Source: Tubiluchus corallicola
Lineage: Eukaryota; Animalia; Priapulida
Direction: 5' to 3'
DNA length: 64,000 nt
Assembly: GCA_030141605.1 (NCBI GenBank)
Contig: JAQGDQ010000443.1
Coordinates: 62,001-126,000 of the forward strand
How positions within the stretch are numbered: the stretch's first letter is position 1; every line of letters begins with the position of its first letter. Under the pieces are notes generated by a model, which worked only from the letters and a program-made list of their open reading frames with translations, searched no databases and was not told where the DNA came from. The position numbers and the translations under genes were made by a program. This document shows, piece by piece, positions 63,961 through 64,000 of the stretch.

Positions 63961-64000
63961 AAATAGTACTATAGGATTATGAGATTGATTCTAAAAGCCG

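Overview
AT-rich eukaryotic DNA, apparently from an invertebrate animal, that reads as intergenic or deep-intronic and is dominated by repeats. I recognise no host protein-coding gene, rRNA, intact tRNA or CRISPR array. The only substantial coding sequence is a young, 5'-truncated CR1-group LINE (35679-38547): endonuclease plus RT, one frameshift, one nonsense codon, an (ATCTT)n tail and a 7-bp TSD. The rest is LINE 3' relics (RTE, L2/CR1-group, Rex/Babar-like), tRNA-derived SINEs (one looks like a full MetaSINE), several MITE families, minisatellites (20, 45, 57, 59, 69 bp) and long microsatellites that explain most short ORFs. The items most worth a second look are: (i) at least four copies of a ~300-bp TIR-bounded element carrying an internal tRNA-like Pol III head; (ii) long-stem, short-loop inverted duplications; (iii) a 62-bp retro-tail flanked by a perfect 57-bp duplication; (iv) Penelope-type hammerhead relics; (v) a candidate 21-nt micro-exon; (vi) a probable long-read artefact inside a 59-bp array. 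Family names come from motif recall, not database searches. I found no evidence for a new multi-gene system.
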